Source: Octopus bimaculoides
Lineage: Eukaryota
Reading direction: 5' to 3'
Assembly (NCBI RefSeq): GCF_001194135.2
Contig: NC_068985.1
Location: forward strand, 47,296,346-47,360,345
DNA: 64,000 nucleotides
Shown: positions 36,922 through 50,488 of the stretch, in pieces
How the letters are laid out: each line of letters begins with the position of its first letter
Numbering within the stretch: position 1 is the stretch's first letter
Program-made: the position numbers and the translations under genes
The notes under the pieces: model-generated
The model's input: the letters and a program-made list of their open reading frames with translations, nothing else
What the model was told of the DNA's origin: nothing
Databases searched by the model: none

Positions 36922-39040
36922 NNNNNNNNNNNNNNNNNNNNNNNNNNNNNNNNNNNNNNNNNNNNNNNNNNNNNNNNNNNNNNNNNNNNNNNNNNNNNNN
37001 NNNNNNNNNNNNNNNNNNNNNNNNNNNNNNNNNNNNNNNNNNNNNNNNNNNNNNNNNNNNNNNNNNNNNNNNNNNNNNNNNNNNNNNNNNNNNNNNNNNN
37101 NNNNNNNNNNNNNATATAAGGGCATTACAATACATGAATGCCTCACGCTAAGTGGGACTCTAAGGTCAAATTACCATAAACACATTTTTACCGAACGCGA
37201 AGAAATGCAACTCTCAAAGCTAGCCCCCTAAATACAGACTAAACTGTAGATCATGATTTCGTAATTATTGCAGTAATATGCACCTTATACTCATCAGTAC
37301 AGTATTGTCAAGACACATAAAAAAAACAAAAAAATCAACATAGCAGACGAACACTTCATGTATTTAGCATAGTACATAGAGTATTGTTTATCCGTATATA
37401 TCTATGTAAGAGGCGAGCTTTTTCGAATTGCATCTCGGTACATGTGTTTTTTGCAGAATAAAATTCAGCACTGAATATATTCTGGTTATATATTTAATTC
37501 AATAATAGGATGGTTTTTTCACGCTAGCTACTTGATAAATTCTTATAAAAGACTTTCTCTTATTATTGAATTTGCGTAGTGAAGTTATATGTGCGATAAA
37601 CAAGAACTATTGCCACAACGGCTGCAAACAAACAACAGCCACAAAATATATCACAGTACGATATATTGATATCAAACAAAATTATTCTCATTATTAGTTT
37701 TATTGGCCCCTTGTGGCCAATAAAAGAATGAAATTAGTGCACAATAAGGCTGAGTTCTAGCGACTTAGGAAACCATAAACTGTTTGTGTTACGTAGGTAT
37801 GGAATTTTACCCTGCGCACGAGTTTGTGTTCATTCCTTCTTCTAGAGTCGGGAAAATACAGCTCTAGTCTCACACTGAGTCGATGTATTCTGTAGTATTG
37901 ATTTAGCGTTTTAATCTTCCCATCATAATCTAGGGAAAATAAAGAGAAATCTCAATTCATGTCTAAAATTCACATTAATCTTTCACTATACATACTTTCA
38001 TTCTGCATTCCTTCATTTAACCACCCAGTTATTCTCCATCTATGCACGCATACATACACACATACGCAAATACATACATACATACATACATACATACATA
38101 CATACATACATACATACATAGAAATCTGCACATATATTAATTCCAAATAGTATTCATATATACACTTATATGCAAATATACCCTGTTCATGCTGTTTAAA
38201 GTCCAATGAAGGAGACTTGAATCTAGGTTAGATACCGGCTCCCTCTCTATTGGCAAAAAATCTTAGAATGAAACTGAATAGTGACATACATACAATATGT
38301 GTGTGTGTGTGTGTGTTATATAATTAATATAGGCAGCAGTAAGCAATGTGCAACAAAAAGATATACTACAACCGACATTAAATAGAAACACCTACATTGC
38401 TAGAAATAGAATCTAAACGCTAATTTCACGAAACGCAGCGGTTGAGATATTCTCAAACCGATCGGTCAGTTTCAGCTTTTATGCCGTAGCCTCCGCAGTG
38501 GGATCGGCCCGACTTAGCTTTTCCCAAACGATGATCCCTGCCAGCATATATGTCTGTACCATAGAAATGTATGGATGATTTAGCGAATCGCTGTGTAAAC
38601 AAATAATTAATATAGGCAGCAGTAAGCAATATAATATATATGTTTGTGTGTGTTTATACATAACTTTTACACTAAGCTGACATGAAGATGTGACTATTTA
38701 TGAGCAACTTCTCCGAAACCTGCAACGCTTCTTCTCTCATAATAAGTTCTTACCTATGTTATCTTAATAAGCGTCGATGTGAAAAATCTGGAAGAGCTGA
38801 AGAATGAGAGCGACTGATATGCATTTTATAGTGTAACAATCAGTGAGTGGAAAAATAAACCATGCACGACATTCCTAAAGATCAACATGTTACAATTACA
38901 TTTGTTATTATTAAAATTCCAGCGGTAAAGCTTCTGCTTTCTTTCCTAGAAACCAGCCCTGTCCTTCCTGGAACAACCCTAGTGAGTGAAAAGGTGAAGA
39001 TACATACATTCAAGCATTTAGACATACATACATACGTACA

Positions 39041-39071
<31 letters not shown>

Positions 39072-40800
39072 GGATATATGTAGATATGCATATATGTACG
39101 TCTGTTTTTAGTGTCTGCTGTTAATACATTACATTGAATTCACGACAGTTCCAAGGAAGGGAGACACAATGATATTTAGGTTGCCTTTCGTAGTAGTCAA
39201 GAAACCGAGCCATGTTGCCTTGGTATCAAGCAATGTATAATATGACTCTTGTTTTGTGTTCCGAAAAGAGGCAACATGGATTTCCTGTTTATAATATTTT
39301 CTCTCCTTCATTATATGTGTTGGGTGGTTTATCATAAGATATTTTTGGGTAAGAAATATGTCGTAGTGTTTTGAATATTTTTTTTCGAATATGTGACAGT
39401 GTCTAAAATAAACAATGTGATGCATTGTTTCTACCAGATTTACTTTCAGAGTGATGTAATATTTTAACCGTAGTAGTGTTTCAAAAGCTCATGTGTTGAT
39501 ATCACGTGATTCAGCTGCTGAAAGGTTTGGGAACGACTCGATTTACATATGTGTTAAAAACCATCGGGAAGAGATTTATTTATTCACGATTATTTCTGCA
39601 CACTCTTAAAATATGAAAAAAATTTATTGAAAATAACCGATTTATACATATCTTTTACATTAAACAAAATGGCGAATTAAAACACTTCATGCAACAATGG
39701 CGGTATTAATGTCAATACTTCAATATATTTAAGTTTCATCTTAATTCTGTAAATCTACTTACATTTGAAAAGATAGAATAACAAGAAGGTGACGAATTTC
39801 AGTCGTAAATAAAGATGTGATATAGAATAAATGAAACTTGCAAAGTATCCAACAAAGATATAAATTTTATGTACATAATATAAAACATAGACGCTGACGT
39901 ATACATGGAAATCGATTAATTTACATAAACAAACCTTACTGAAGCTAACATGCTGTTTATATTTGAACGTACATGTATGTGAGCATACATACACACACGT
40001 ATATATGTATGTATAAATTCATGCATGCATGCATCCTACATGTATGTATGTATATATGTAATAATGCATGTATGTATATATATGTGCCTGTGTATGTCGG
40101 TGTGTATGTACACTAAAAAGGAATGACGGTATATCAAATGACATAGAAGTTAATTCCTAGATTTTCTGAAATGATCACCCTTTCGAGATGAGAAAGAATG
40201 CATTGTAGCACTTGCAATCAACTCGAAATCAAAAAGTCGGAAGTATTTCAAAGTGTAAAAATTCTTCTAAATTGACATTCCATTAAGAAAACGATTGTCT
40301 GACAGTCTGGAGACAACAGCCCAGATGAACGGACGTGTTTCTGCCTCAATATGTGTTATTAACACAGCTGTCGCCCTACAAAATGAAATACTTATATATG
40401 AAAAGACTTGAGTACATGTATTCCGTTGGTTAATTTGAACAATAGACAAAAATAAAAGGCAAAAATGGGATAACAGTAATAATTCAGGGATGCCAGTGAC
40501 ATGAATATGGACAATAGAAAGGAGTACTGGTATATTATAACTCAAACATGGTAAATTCATAATTTAGTGAGAATTAAAAAAATTTGTATCAGCTTCTGTA
40601 TGTTTATATGCATACACACATATATATATCTTGTAAACACACACACAATACATACACTCACACGTACACACACAACACACATTCACACGCACACACATAC
40701 AAACAAACACACACACATGCGAACGTTAGGTTAGTTAAAATATCTTTGTGATATGTTGCAACTTCAAAAGGCAAATGCACTGGAGTTACCATGGGGAAAA

Positions 40801-40886
40801 TATTTTCCCTTATAGTAACTGGCATCTGCCCAGTGTTGCCCACTATTTTCCGTTATAGTAACTAGTATCTGCCCAGTGTTGCCCAC
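40801..40886. repeat. 43-bp tandem duplication (2 copies, 3 mismatches)
   Basis: TATTTTCCCTTATAGTAACTGGCATCTGCCCAGTGTTGCCCAC followed by TATTTTCCGTTATAGTAACTAGTATCTGCCCAGTGTTGCCCAC. Confidence 0.9.
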
Positions 40887-42499
40887 TATCGGATTCTCAG
40901 ACGCAGCGATGTGAAATACCGAAGTGAAGTACTTCTGGGCATATCTAAAACCGTAACTTTAAGTAAATCACTGGTAAAAACACTGACTCACATATGCTAC
41001 TAGACCACTAAGTCGGAAGAAATTCAGCAGTATCAACACCAAGCAAGATTTAGGCATGAGCGAATTTCAACTGAGTTTGTGACATATTTCAACTACTTAA
41101 GGCAAATTTGCTGCAGTTACGGAGGAGAAAAAACTATCTTGTGGTAACAGGCGTATAAGCATCATATCTGCCTTGTGTTGCCCCCTGGCGGATAGATCTT
41201 TAGCCGCTCTCAACGGGAAAAACCGAAGTCGGATAACTCTGGGTACACTAAAAGCCGTAATTACGCAGGCAATGTCAAGTGAAATGGGTTGGGGAGAACT
41301 ACTATGCAGTACAAATATTTGATCACTGATAGATGAATCATCCGTCAAGGTTATTCAGCAAGAAGTCACGGAGCACTAAACTCTCATTTATAGATATATA
41401 TGCATACATACATCCATATACGTGTGTTTCACAGTGGTAATGAGACCGCGAGAGATAGAGAGAGAGGGGGGGAAGAAGGGAGAGAGCGGGGGGAAAAAGA
41501 GGTGGGTGTTTGTGTATGTGTGTATCCTGTGAATCCACCGGGTACATGAAATCCTCTGAAACTGGATATTCCTCCGTTTATATTACATAATTTCAACCAT
41601 ATTTTCTAATTTTATTGTCTGAGTATATTTTACTACTTGGCTGTATTTCAGAAATCTCCATTTAAATATTTTAATTAGTTAATTGTCTTCATGGAAACTC
41701 ATTTCTTTTCTGTCCACCTGATGACTATCTGGTATTTTACTGCACATTTTACTCAGCCTATATTTGTAAAAAGAAAATTTTCTTCGGGTTTAGTTTTTTA
41801 ATCTCACGTATACAGCAGCCTCACACCAGATAAGATATCGCTTACAAATGCATTTCCGGAACTGACAGATTTTGCTTCTAGCTTACTCTATAAGTTCGTT
41901 CTTTTTCCCCCCCTTTTGTCTGATTCTCTGTTTGTCTGTCTGTCTGTCTGTCTGTCCTCCACCTATCTCCCTCTATTGTCTTCTTACTGTCGTCACAATG
42001 CTGGTCTTCAGGCTTCTGTTTTTTTCTTTCTTAATTATCAATTATATTCTGGCTCTTCTGCGCCAGTCACTCAAAGACAGTTATATTGCATACGCACATC
42101 TACATGCATAAAAAGATTCATACGTGCATATAGGCCCTTATAATAATTCATCCACACATTCATACTAACACACAATAACTTGTATACATACATACATACA
42201 TACATACATACATAAATACATACATGTGTAAGTATGATTTCTATCAAATTTGCCTAGTATACAGCTCTAATTCTATATACACGCATGCAAAAATACACAA
42301 GGTACTCCAAAGTAATGAACCACTTGCTTGTTTACTTGTTCGGCACCAATAACAACATTGCTTGGTTACAGACAGATTAGCTGAGGACTGTCATATATTC
42401 TTAATCAGAAGGACTGTAGACTGAGTCGCCTATTTACAAACATCTGAAGTGTGGACAATGTCAATGAAAAGGTAATTGCTTTTCAAAGATTCAACACTC

Positions 42500-43300
42500 C
42501 AGTGATGAAATGCTAAGAATTACTAACGCTTCAGCTGTTGTAATCTGAAACCTCGATAGTGTGGTTTTATTAATTAATCACTGTAGTGACAATGTATGTT
42601 CTATTCGTTTTGGCAGGATATTGACGTATGTTTAAGTCGGTGAGTGAGGGCCTATATCTGGTATTTGAAATTCTGCGAAAGTAGCATTGTACTGCGTAGT
42701 GCTAGGTCTGAGAATGTATAGGGATGTTTCTTGAATTAGAAAAATGTGTATCATGTGGACTTATGTGTAGTAGAGGCATTGCAGTGATGCAGGGGATGCA
42801 GAAGGGAAATAACAAAACATTGAGACCATTTGTGTAGCTGCTGGTTGCAGTGTCTTTGTGAAAATGTATGAGTAACTACAGTACTTTCCCATATACAAGG
42901 GCATCTCACCTAAGTGCATGACATTTTTCAATGCAGGGTGTCAACAAACAAAACGGGTTAAATATATGTTCTTTTGCATCAAATAAGAGTCTTTGTCTTT
43001 CGGAGGCAGGTTTTTCTTCAGTGTTAGATTTTTCAGTTTGGCACGAGATATTATGAGATAAACTAGTGACTAGCATTTCTATCAACTTTCAGGGATATCT
43101 TTGCGTGTCATTCGCTGATGAGTGCAGCGATTATACCTTTGTATAAGAGATCGTGGAAGGTTGATTTAGTAGGGAAATTTCCTGCGTTGTTGGCTATTGT
43201 TATTTCTTTAGAGAGAGACACTATAGAGGCTTTGGTAATGGGGCCACAAAACAGCGAAACAACTGAGACATGTGAAGCGTGGGAATGCCACCCGTCTGTC
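42500..43300 (-). mobile_element. Degraded Penelope-like element (RT thumb/linker to GIY-YIG endonuclease)
   Basis: Broken frames, in the expected order: SLSKEITIANNAGNFP (degenerate L..EL..I.....NGFP), NVLLFPFCIPC / CNASTTHKST*YTFF*FKKHP (degenerate NVIY.F.CP.CNASYIG.T.R.L..RIKEH), FQITTAEALVI (degenerate L...EAL.I). Confidence 0.45.
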
Positions 43301-44008
43301 AAGAGTTAAGATTAACACTAGAACGAAAACAGCAGGATGCGGTTTGATCTCTCACGCACAAGTTTGAAGGGTCTGCAAAAGGTCACGTGTGCTGCTCTCT
43401 CTTCTCTCACCAAAGTGTACAAATAAAAAAAATCCACCAACTTTTGATATGACTATCGCTTTTCGAAAAGTAAGCCAAGGATTATTTGCTGAAGTGAAAA
43501 ATCAATAGAAATATAGATTTAACAAGCAGTAAATTGCCAAATATATAAACTAAATAAAAGAAAGAATATTACGAATATTAAAGATAACTCAATAAATGTG
43601 TACATAAATAAGAGAAAAAAAATCCGCCATGTTGTGCAACTGTTGTTGTTAGTAGAAATGTTAGTAGAAATAATTAGATAGTTGTTTATGTGACATGAGA
43701 GTTCCATTCACGACGTCAAGCGTAGATGGAGCATAGTGTAATATTTCAATGCGAATAAATGGCTGCCGTATAGCATTGCTCGCTGAGGCTTCTCCGTTAC
43801 AGGCGGCAAACGTTGCAAAATGTATGTGCGTGTGTGTGTACATGCACATACACACACATGCATGCACACATGCTTGTATGTATATATATATATATATATA
43901 TCACACACTCGCTCTCTGTCTCTTACTCTCTCTCTCTATGTATATATATATATATATGTATATATATGCATATACATACATACGTACACGCACACACATA
44001 TATATACA

Positions 44009-44060
<52 letters not shown>

Positions 44061-44289
44061 CTGACATTATAGGAAGAGTTATTGCCGTTATTATTGAAAC
44101 TGTTGTTTAATGGTAGGGCTGTATTAGTATCAACCGAATTAAGAATAGTTTATCCCGATTCAGCTAAATGGGGAAATTCAAAACCTTGCTATAATATCCT
44201 CTTCTCTTATTTTTGTTTTCTTTCTTTTTTGTATATATTGTTTATTTCTTTTATTTTTTTTATTCATCACTTTTTTGTTATTCATCTCT

Positions 44290-45399
44290 TTTTTTTCTTC
44301 TCATCATCAAAACAAGCGCTGCATCACAATAACCAACACCGACAATTTCGAACTCTACAACATCTTCACTACTGCAAATGCCATCAACACCATGAAACCA
44401 TTTAAGTTAGCATTACTACGATCACTACCACTACTACGACTACTTATACAAACAATATAATAATACTTATGCAAACATCCCTGCCGACACTGTTACCACG
44501 ACGAGACGAAGTGACAACCACTGTCACTGTTAACATTGTCAACTTCATTATCGCCATCACTACTACCACCACCACCGACGCCATCACAGCCACCACCCCC
44601 ACCGCCGCCACCACCACTGCCGCCACCACCACCACCACTGCCANNNNNNNNNNNNNNNNNNNNNNNNNNNNNNNNNNNNNNNNNNNNNNNNNNNNNNNNN
44701 NNNNNNNNNNNNNNNNNNNNNNNNNNNNNNNNNNNNNNGCCGCCACCACCACCACCAAGGCCGCCGCCAAGGCTGTCGGTGTCGCCATTACTACCATTAG
44801 CTCCACCATCATCCACCGTCAACACCGCTATGAAAATCATACCTGTTAGCTGCTACACAATTACCCACAAGAGCCACTACTACCACCACCAGCGGCGTCG
44901 CGTCCACCAGCATCAGCTACGGGTACCGGTCCCACTTACAGTACTGACGTCACCTACGGTACCACCGCCACGAGCGCCTCCAGTGATACTGCCGCCACGA
45001 GCGCCTCCAGTGATACTGCCGCCACGAGCGCCTCCAGTGGTACTGCCGCCACCGTCACCAGCGTCACTTCTGCCACTATCGGCACGTCTGCCACCAGGGC
45101 TACCGATATTTCACCAGCGGAATCACTGCTCTCGTTGCTTCCACTACGTCCACCGACCCCAATGCCGCCAGCATCAACACTGCCCTCATGAGCACCACCA
45201 CCACCACGACAATATCTTCTACTAATGCTTTGAACAATATTGCCAAGTCTATCACTGCTAATATTATCACTATCATCATCGTCATAATTACTAGCATTAA
45301 CATCATTATCCACACTATTGTTAATATCATCACGATTAACATCAACAGAAACTTTTCCACTGTCACCATTAGCAACACAACAACAACAACAACAACAAT

Positions 45400-45456
<57 letters not shown>

Positions 45457-45471
45457 CACCACCACCACCAT

Positions 45472-45514
<43 letters not shown>

Positions 45515-45515
45515 G
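44290..45515. repeat. Degenerate ACC/ACT/ATC triplet tract containing a 27-bp repeat (3 copies, about 44966-45050)
   Basis: Triplet periodicity throughout; unit GCCACGAGCGCCTCCAGTGATACTGCC. Confidence 0.85.
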
Positions 45516-46299
45516 TCAACCATAAATCGATGCGATGTGTAAATCGCTCAAATTGATGCAACTTAAGCATAGCTGAAAAAGCGCACGTTCTTTTTAAATT
45601 CACGGATTTCATCAATCTATTTAGTTCCAGATCCGAAATTTTCAGCAAATGCAAACACATGGGCAAACCTCTTTTGTCTATCTGGAGGTCACTATACCTT
45701 GGACTGAATTGCTGTCTTGCAGACTTTGGAATCCTCACCTTTGAATTATTCCACACCAACAATATTAATTACAATTTCTACAGCCAAATGGCACGCAACT
45801 CTTCGTTTATTTTCTTTCCTTTCTTTTTCCGTGTTTATTCAACATTTGTCTTCGCATTCCGCTTTTTGAATCAACCATCTCATTTTTTTCCCATAGATTC
45901 TCATGTACCTGCGTCCTACAAGATTCCTGTGAGACACAACGCACGTTATAGTAAATGTGTGTCCATAGCAAGAATTTATTACAATCTCTCACTGTAATAC
46001 TGAGTACTCAAATAATATATATGCATATGTAAATATATATATATATATATATATATANNNNNNNNNNNNNNNNNNNNNNNNNNNNNNNNNNNNNNNNNNN
46101 NNNNNNNNNNNNNNNNNNNNNNNNNNNNNNNNNNNNNNNNNNNNNNNNNNNNNNNNNNNNNNNNNNNNNNNNNNNNNNNNNNNNNNNNNNNNNNNNNNNN
46201 NNNNNNAACAGTTTTCTTTCATAACATCGGAGTACCTAAGGCAAATCTCACAAAACCGTAAGAAATATAGATGCGTGAACAAATTTCCACAAAAATACA

Positions 46300-46465
46300 G
46301 TGGAATGGCTGTGTGGTAAGTAGCTTGCTTACTAACCACATGGGTCCGGGTTCAGTCCCACTGCGTGGCACCTTGGGCAAGTGTCTTCTACTAGAGCCTC
46401 GGGCCGACTAAAAGCCTTGTGAGTAGATTTGGTAGACGGAAACTGAAAGAAGCCCGTAGTCTATA

Positions 46466-46512
<47 letters not shown>

Positions 46513-46745
46513 GTATATCTGTGTATATGTTTGTGTATCTGTGTTGTCCCCCCACCACATTACTTGACAACCAATGCTGGTGTATTTACGTCCCCGTAAC
46601 TTAGCTGTTCGGCAAAAGAGACAGATAGAATAAGTACTAGGCTTACAGAGGATAAGTCCTGGGGTCGAGTTGCTCGACTAAAGCCGGTACTCTAGCATGG
46701 TCGCAGTCAAATGACTGAAACAAGTAAAAGAGTAAAATAGTAAAC
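46300..46745 (+). mobile_element. Full-length SINE group C (tRNA head, CORE-like CCTTGGGCAAGT motif, internal microsatellite)
   Basis: TGGCTGTGTGGTAAG A-box, GGGTTCAGTCCC B-box, GGCACCTTGGGCAAGTGTCTTCTACT; tail GCATGGTCGCAGTCAAATGACTGAAACAAGTAAAAGAGTAAAA. Confidence 0.92.
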
Positions 46746-48365
46746 AAATCCATATTAACATATTAAAAAAATGTACATGAATATACAAGGAAAATTTATG
46801 TTATTTTTCTATTCTCTCTATTCCAAATGAGGAGGACTTTAAGTCTGTTATGTTTTCTTTGATGAAGGAACTGTTTATGTCGGAGAGGGACAGGAATACT
46901 GTATCCATCCCCAGTAACATTTTCCCGAAACGATTATAGGATGAGTATTAGACTTTATCTCTGCCATTGAATAGTTTTAATATCCACTAATGAATTATAT
47001 ATATTGTCATATATTGTCCATGTATCTATAACTTCCTTGTTTCTAACACGGATGTAACGAGTTCAGGCACTAGCAATACCATTTTATATTTTCCTGATAT
47101 ATTCATGTACATTTTTATATGTTCATATTTATTTGCATGCATAATGTTTTGTAATTTTGTGTAATTTTGTACATGCATATTTTTTTCTTTTTTTGTATGG
47201 GATCAATCTTCGTACCTCTGCAATTTTTTCCTTACTGTCTGTGATCGTTTTCCAGCCACTTTACAGTCTGTATCTCCTACTCTCATAGCAATGGGGTGTT
47301 TTGCTAGTGCTCATGGTCTCTGGCGGTTCCTAAGTTGGAGGAGGACATCTTTAAGCTTTCGGTTGTTGTCAGTACTTGATGCAAATAGCCTTGTGAACAT
47401 GATGTTTTTGTTTGATTGCAGCTTTGCCCATGTTTGGAAATGCAACCTGAAAACAACTGTAGCAACAAGTAAATCTTTCATCTCTGGGGCCTACTGTTGT
47501 TGGTTCTGCTACCTGTGTTTATGCCTGTTGTCTGCTGCCCTCTTATCTTACCTTCTGATTACAAGTTGCTCAAATAGCCTTTATTACCCCAAGAGTAGCA
47601 AAGGTGATTTCTATACTCTATCACTCCTTTTGACCTTATCTCTGGTCTAAAATGCGGTACCTCTACAGGAGAGCCTTAAAGTAATCGAGTTTAGTTGGAC
47701 GTGGTTGTTCCTTCTGAATCCCCTCATAGCTACATTATACAGGTCACCCTCGCGTTCATTCATGCCTGAATGCAAAAGTAATACAAGCCAAGGGCAGATC
47801 TTAGTGCTAACATTTATGCTTATGATCCTTATATTAATGAGACCCATACAACGTGCGTCACACAAGCTCTATTTCGTCTTCTAATCCTTAGGTTCAAAGT
47901 TCCAGTACACTACTCTGTTTGTTCTTTCCTTGTCTAAGTTGCACACATCCTATCACAAATCGATTACAGTTTCTTCTAACTCTTCCTCGAGAGCATATAG
48001 CAACCGCCACCACACTTTTGACAAAAAAAGTGACTTATGAAATTCTTCCCATGCTCTTTGATAAAGAATATTGCATCTTTTGTCACTTACCTCATATATT
48101 TCCACTCTTTTTTCAAGCCAGGTCACATGTCTTGACTCATACCACTTATGAAAACGGAATGGTATTCCTCTCGGCGTTGTTTTTGCTCCTCCTACAGTTT
48201 ATTTTTCCAATCAAATTAATGTAGCGGACATTATAGTTTTCTGTCTTCCATTGTACTACTGTGCGTGTTTAAGCTTGAAGCTTGATTCATTGTATGTTCT
48301 TTTCTCAATACCATATTTTGTCATCATACAAATATTATTGAGCAGTGTTTACTCAAGTTAATGAA

Positions 48366-48366
<1 letters not shown>

Positions 48367-48412
<46 letters not shown>

Positions 48413-48463
48413 CGCTACTACTGCTACTACTACTGCTGCTGCTGCTGCCGTTGTTGTTGTTGT

Positions 48464-48494
<31 letters not shown>

Positions 48495-48505
48495 ACTACT
48501 ACTGT
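48367..48505. repeat. (ACT)(GCT)(GTT) compound triplet repeat
   Basis: Direct inspection. Confidence 0.95.
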
Positions 48506-49439
48506 GAAGAAGACATCATCCTGCTACTTCTGTGACCACTATGAACAACGTATAAGTATACAAATCACTATTTGCCAGTAATATACAGGCAGCGCAAATA
48601 TTTAAAAAGAAACACTTCCTCTACCTCACAGTAATCGAACGGACTGTGAACCATTCGCAAACCTTCATTCGGAAACTTTGTCACAAAAGATTCCTCGTTC
48701 ATAAAGCAATCCTTTATAAAAAGATAAAAATTCATTTTCAGAAACCCTCCCAGAGACATTCACTTATAACGAAAAAAGACAGGAGCTTTTGTAAAACGAA
48801 ACAATAAATAAACGACAGCATAAACACATGACTGCCTATGAGATAAAGTAGTGAAACAGAAGCGTATATGCACACAGGTGTATATATTGTCTGGTTTCGC
48901 ACACTGTCACACTTGTATTCACGCAAAAGAAAGCGTTCAAACATAGGGACGCACACATATAGTTACATGCTCTTACATATACACAGATGCAAGAAAAATG
49001 AAAACGTGTACACACACATAGGCGTACATACATTCTTTGCATATCGAGCAAATGACGACACAAATTGAAGAGAGAAAGATAACAAATACAAAAGAAATGA
49101 AATATTTTGTTATATTTCAAAAGGAAAAAGGAAAAGAAAGCAAATTTTGAAAAGAACAAGCACAACAATACCAGTAGCGTCAACAACAGCTGAAATAATA
49201 AAAAAAAAGAAAAAAAACATAGAACATAAAAAAAAATTCAAGATAAAATCTGAAAAAAAAAAAATGAAGAATCGATTTTTAACCACATGGAAACTGGAAG
49301 TTAATAATAAAAATGTTGATTGATGTTTGACGACAGGAAGTGAAATATCCAATATTGTTATATTGATGTTGTTATTCGTGCCATTGTTAATATTATTAAT
49401 ACAACAATAGCAATAATAAAAATATATATAACAATGAAA

Positions 49440-50060
49440 AATATTAACATAATGTTGAAGAATGAGGAAAAGACCATTAGAATAAAACCTGTAACCATAA
49501 GAAAAGAAATTTTCCATGGAGATTCGTTGCCCACGCTACTTTTCGACGTTGCTCTGACCCAACTAATTTTCTTACATTTATGGGCTACAGATTCTGCGGG
49601 CAAATTATAAATCGTCTATACCTGGGTAACTTTAAAATCTTTACGAGAAATAATTTGAAATCCTACTAAAACTTGTGCATTATCCCATACATCATAGGAT
49701 TAATTTGGGATGAGACAAGAGTTTCAAAATGACTTTGAACAAAAGCAAATTAACCGGCATTGAGAATTTATCACTACATAAACACAGAAAGTAAAAAGAT
49801 TAGATTATAATCAGCCATACAAATGTTTAGCAATATAAGAAACAACCAATACACAATACGTAGAAATGAAAATTAAGAATACTACAGGTTACTTACTCAT
49901 CCTGCGAAGAAGAAGCTCTCTCAAATGAGGTATAACTCTTTTAATATGTAGAACCAAAAAACATTCCGATTTCAATGAAATAAAATCCACAATCATTCGC
50001 AAGACTTAAATATTCGTAATAAAACTCTTATAAGAGGTTTAGGTAGTAGAAAAATTACAG
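49440..50060 (+). mobile_element. Degraded R4-type RT (domains 4-7 and thumb)
   Basis: KEIFHGDSLPTLLFDVAL (degenerate GIFQGDSLSPLLF.LAL), IINRLYLGNFKIF (degenerate INHLLYMDDLKL), YKCLAI (degenerate YKYLGI), IRGL (degenerate GGRGL). Confidence 0.65.
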
Positions 50061-50124
50061 AATAATTGTTCAAATTCTATCATTTGTTATATTTAGTGAT
50101 TTTCTTATAATGAAATAAACAATG

Positions 50125-50222
50125 CTATTCTCGAGTTTTCAGCGTCCATGTCCCGGCGCATAGTTTCCGTACGCTCCATGTAGGTGTGCTTCTTTGCCTC
50201 CTCGATGAACGTGAATCCATGT
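50125..50222 (-). mobile_element. Short GC-rich RTE-like LINE fragment
   Basis: SSRRQRSTPTWSVRKLCAGTWTLKTRE* resembles the RTE motif SRRTK..LY...V...L.YG.ETWTL. Confidence 0.35.
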
Positions 50223-50244
50223 TAGGTGAATTCATGCAGTTGAC

Positions 50245-50417
50245 GAGCTGTGTCCAAAATTTCAAGGAAGTTAAATATATAAACTACAGAAAATAGTACT
50301 ACTAAGCACTGCACACATCCTACGTAAAACACTTTCAATTCAGTGAAAATAAGAGCACCACAGCACATACCCAAGGCACACAGAGCTGCGCTCGGTAGTG
50401 CAGTGAAAATAAGACTA

Positions 50418-50486
<69 letters not shown>
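50245..50486 (+). mobile_element. Extreme 3' end of a Dong/R4-type LINE running into (AAT)n
   Basis: IYKLQKIVLLSTAHILRKTLSIQ* (stop 50344-50346), short UTR, (AAT)n at 50421-50486. Confidence 0.85.

Positions 50487-50488
<2 letters not shown>

Noticed and set aside
39129-39425. 98-aa minus ORF (…YTLLDTKATWLGFLTTTKGNL…)
   Set aside because: No recognisable family or supporting splice sites.
46760-47900. Higher-complexity segment with hints of an APE start (IRIISINV) and a CxxC
   Set aside because: Motifs are too degenerate and in inconsistent order to assign; probably an old TE but not supportable.
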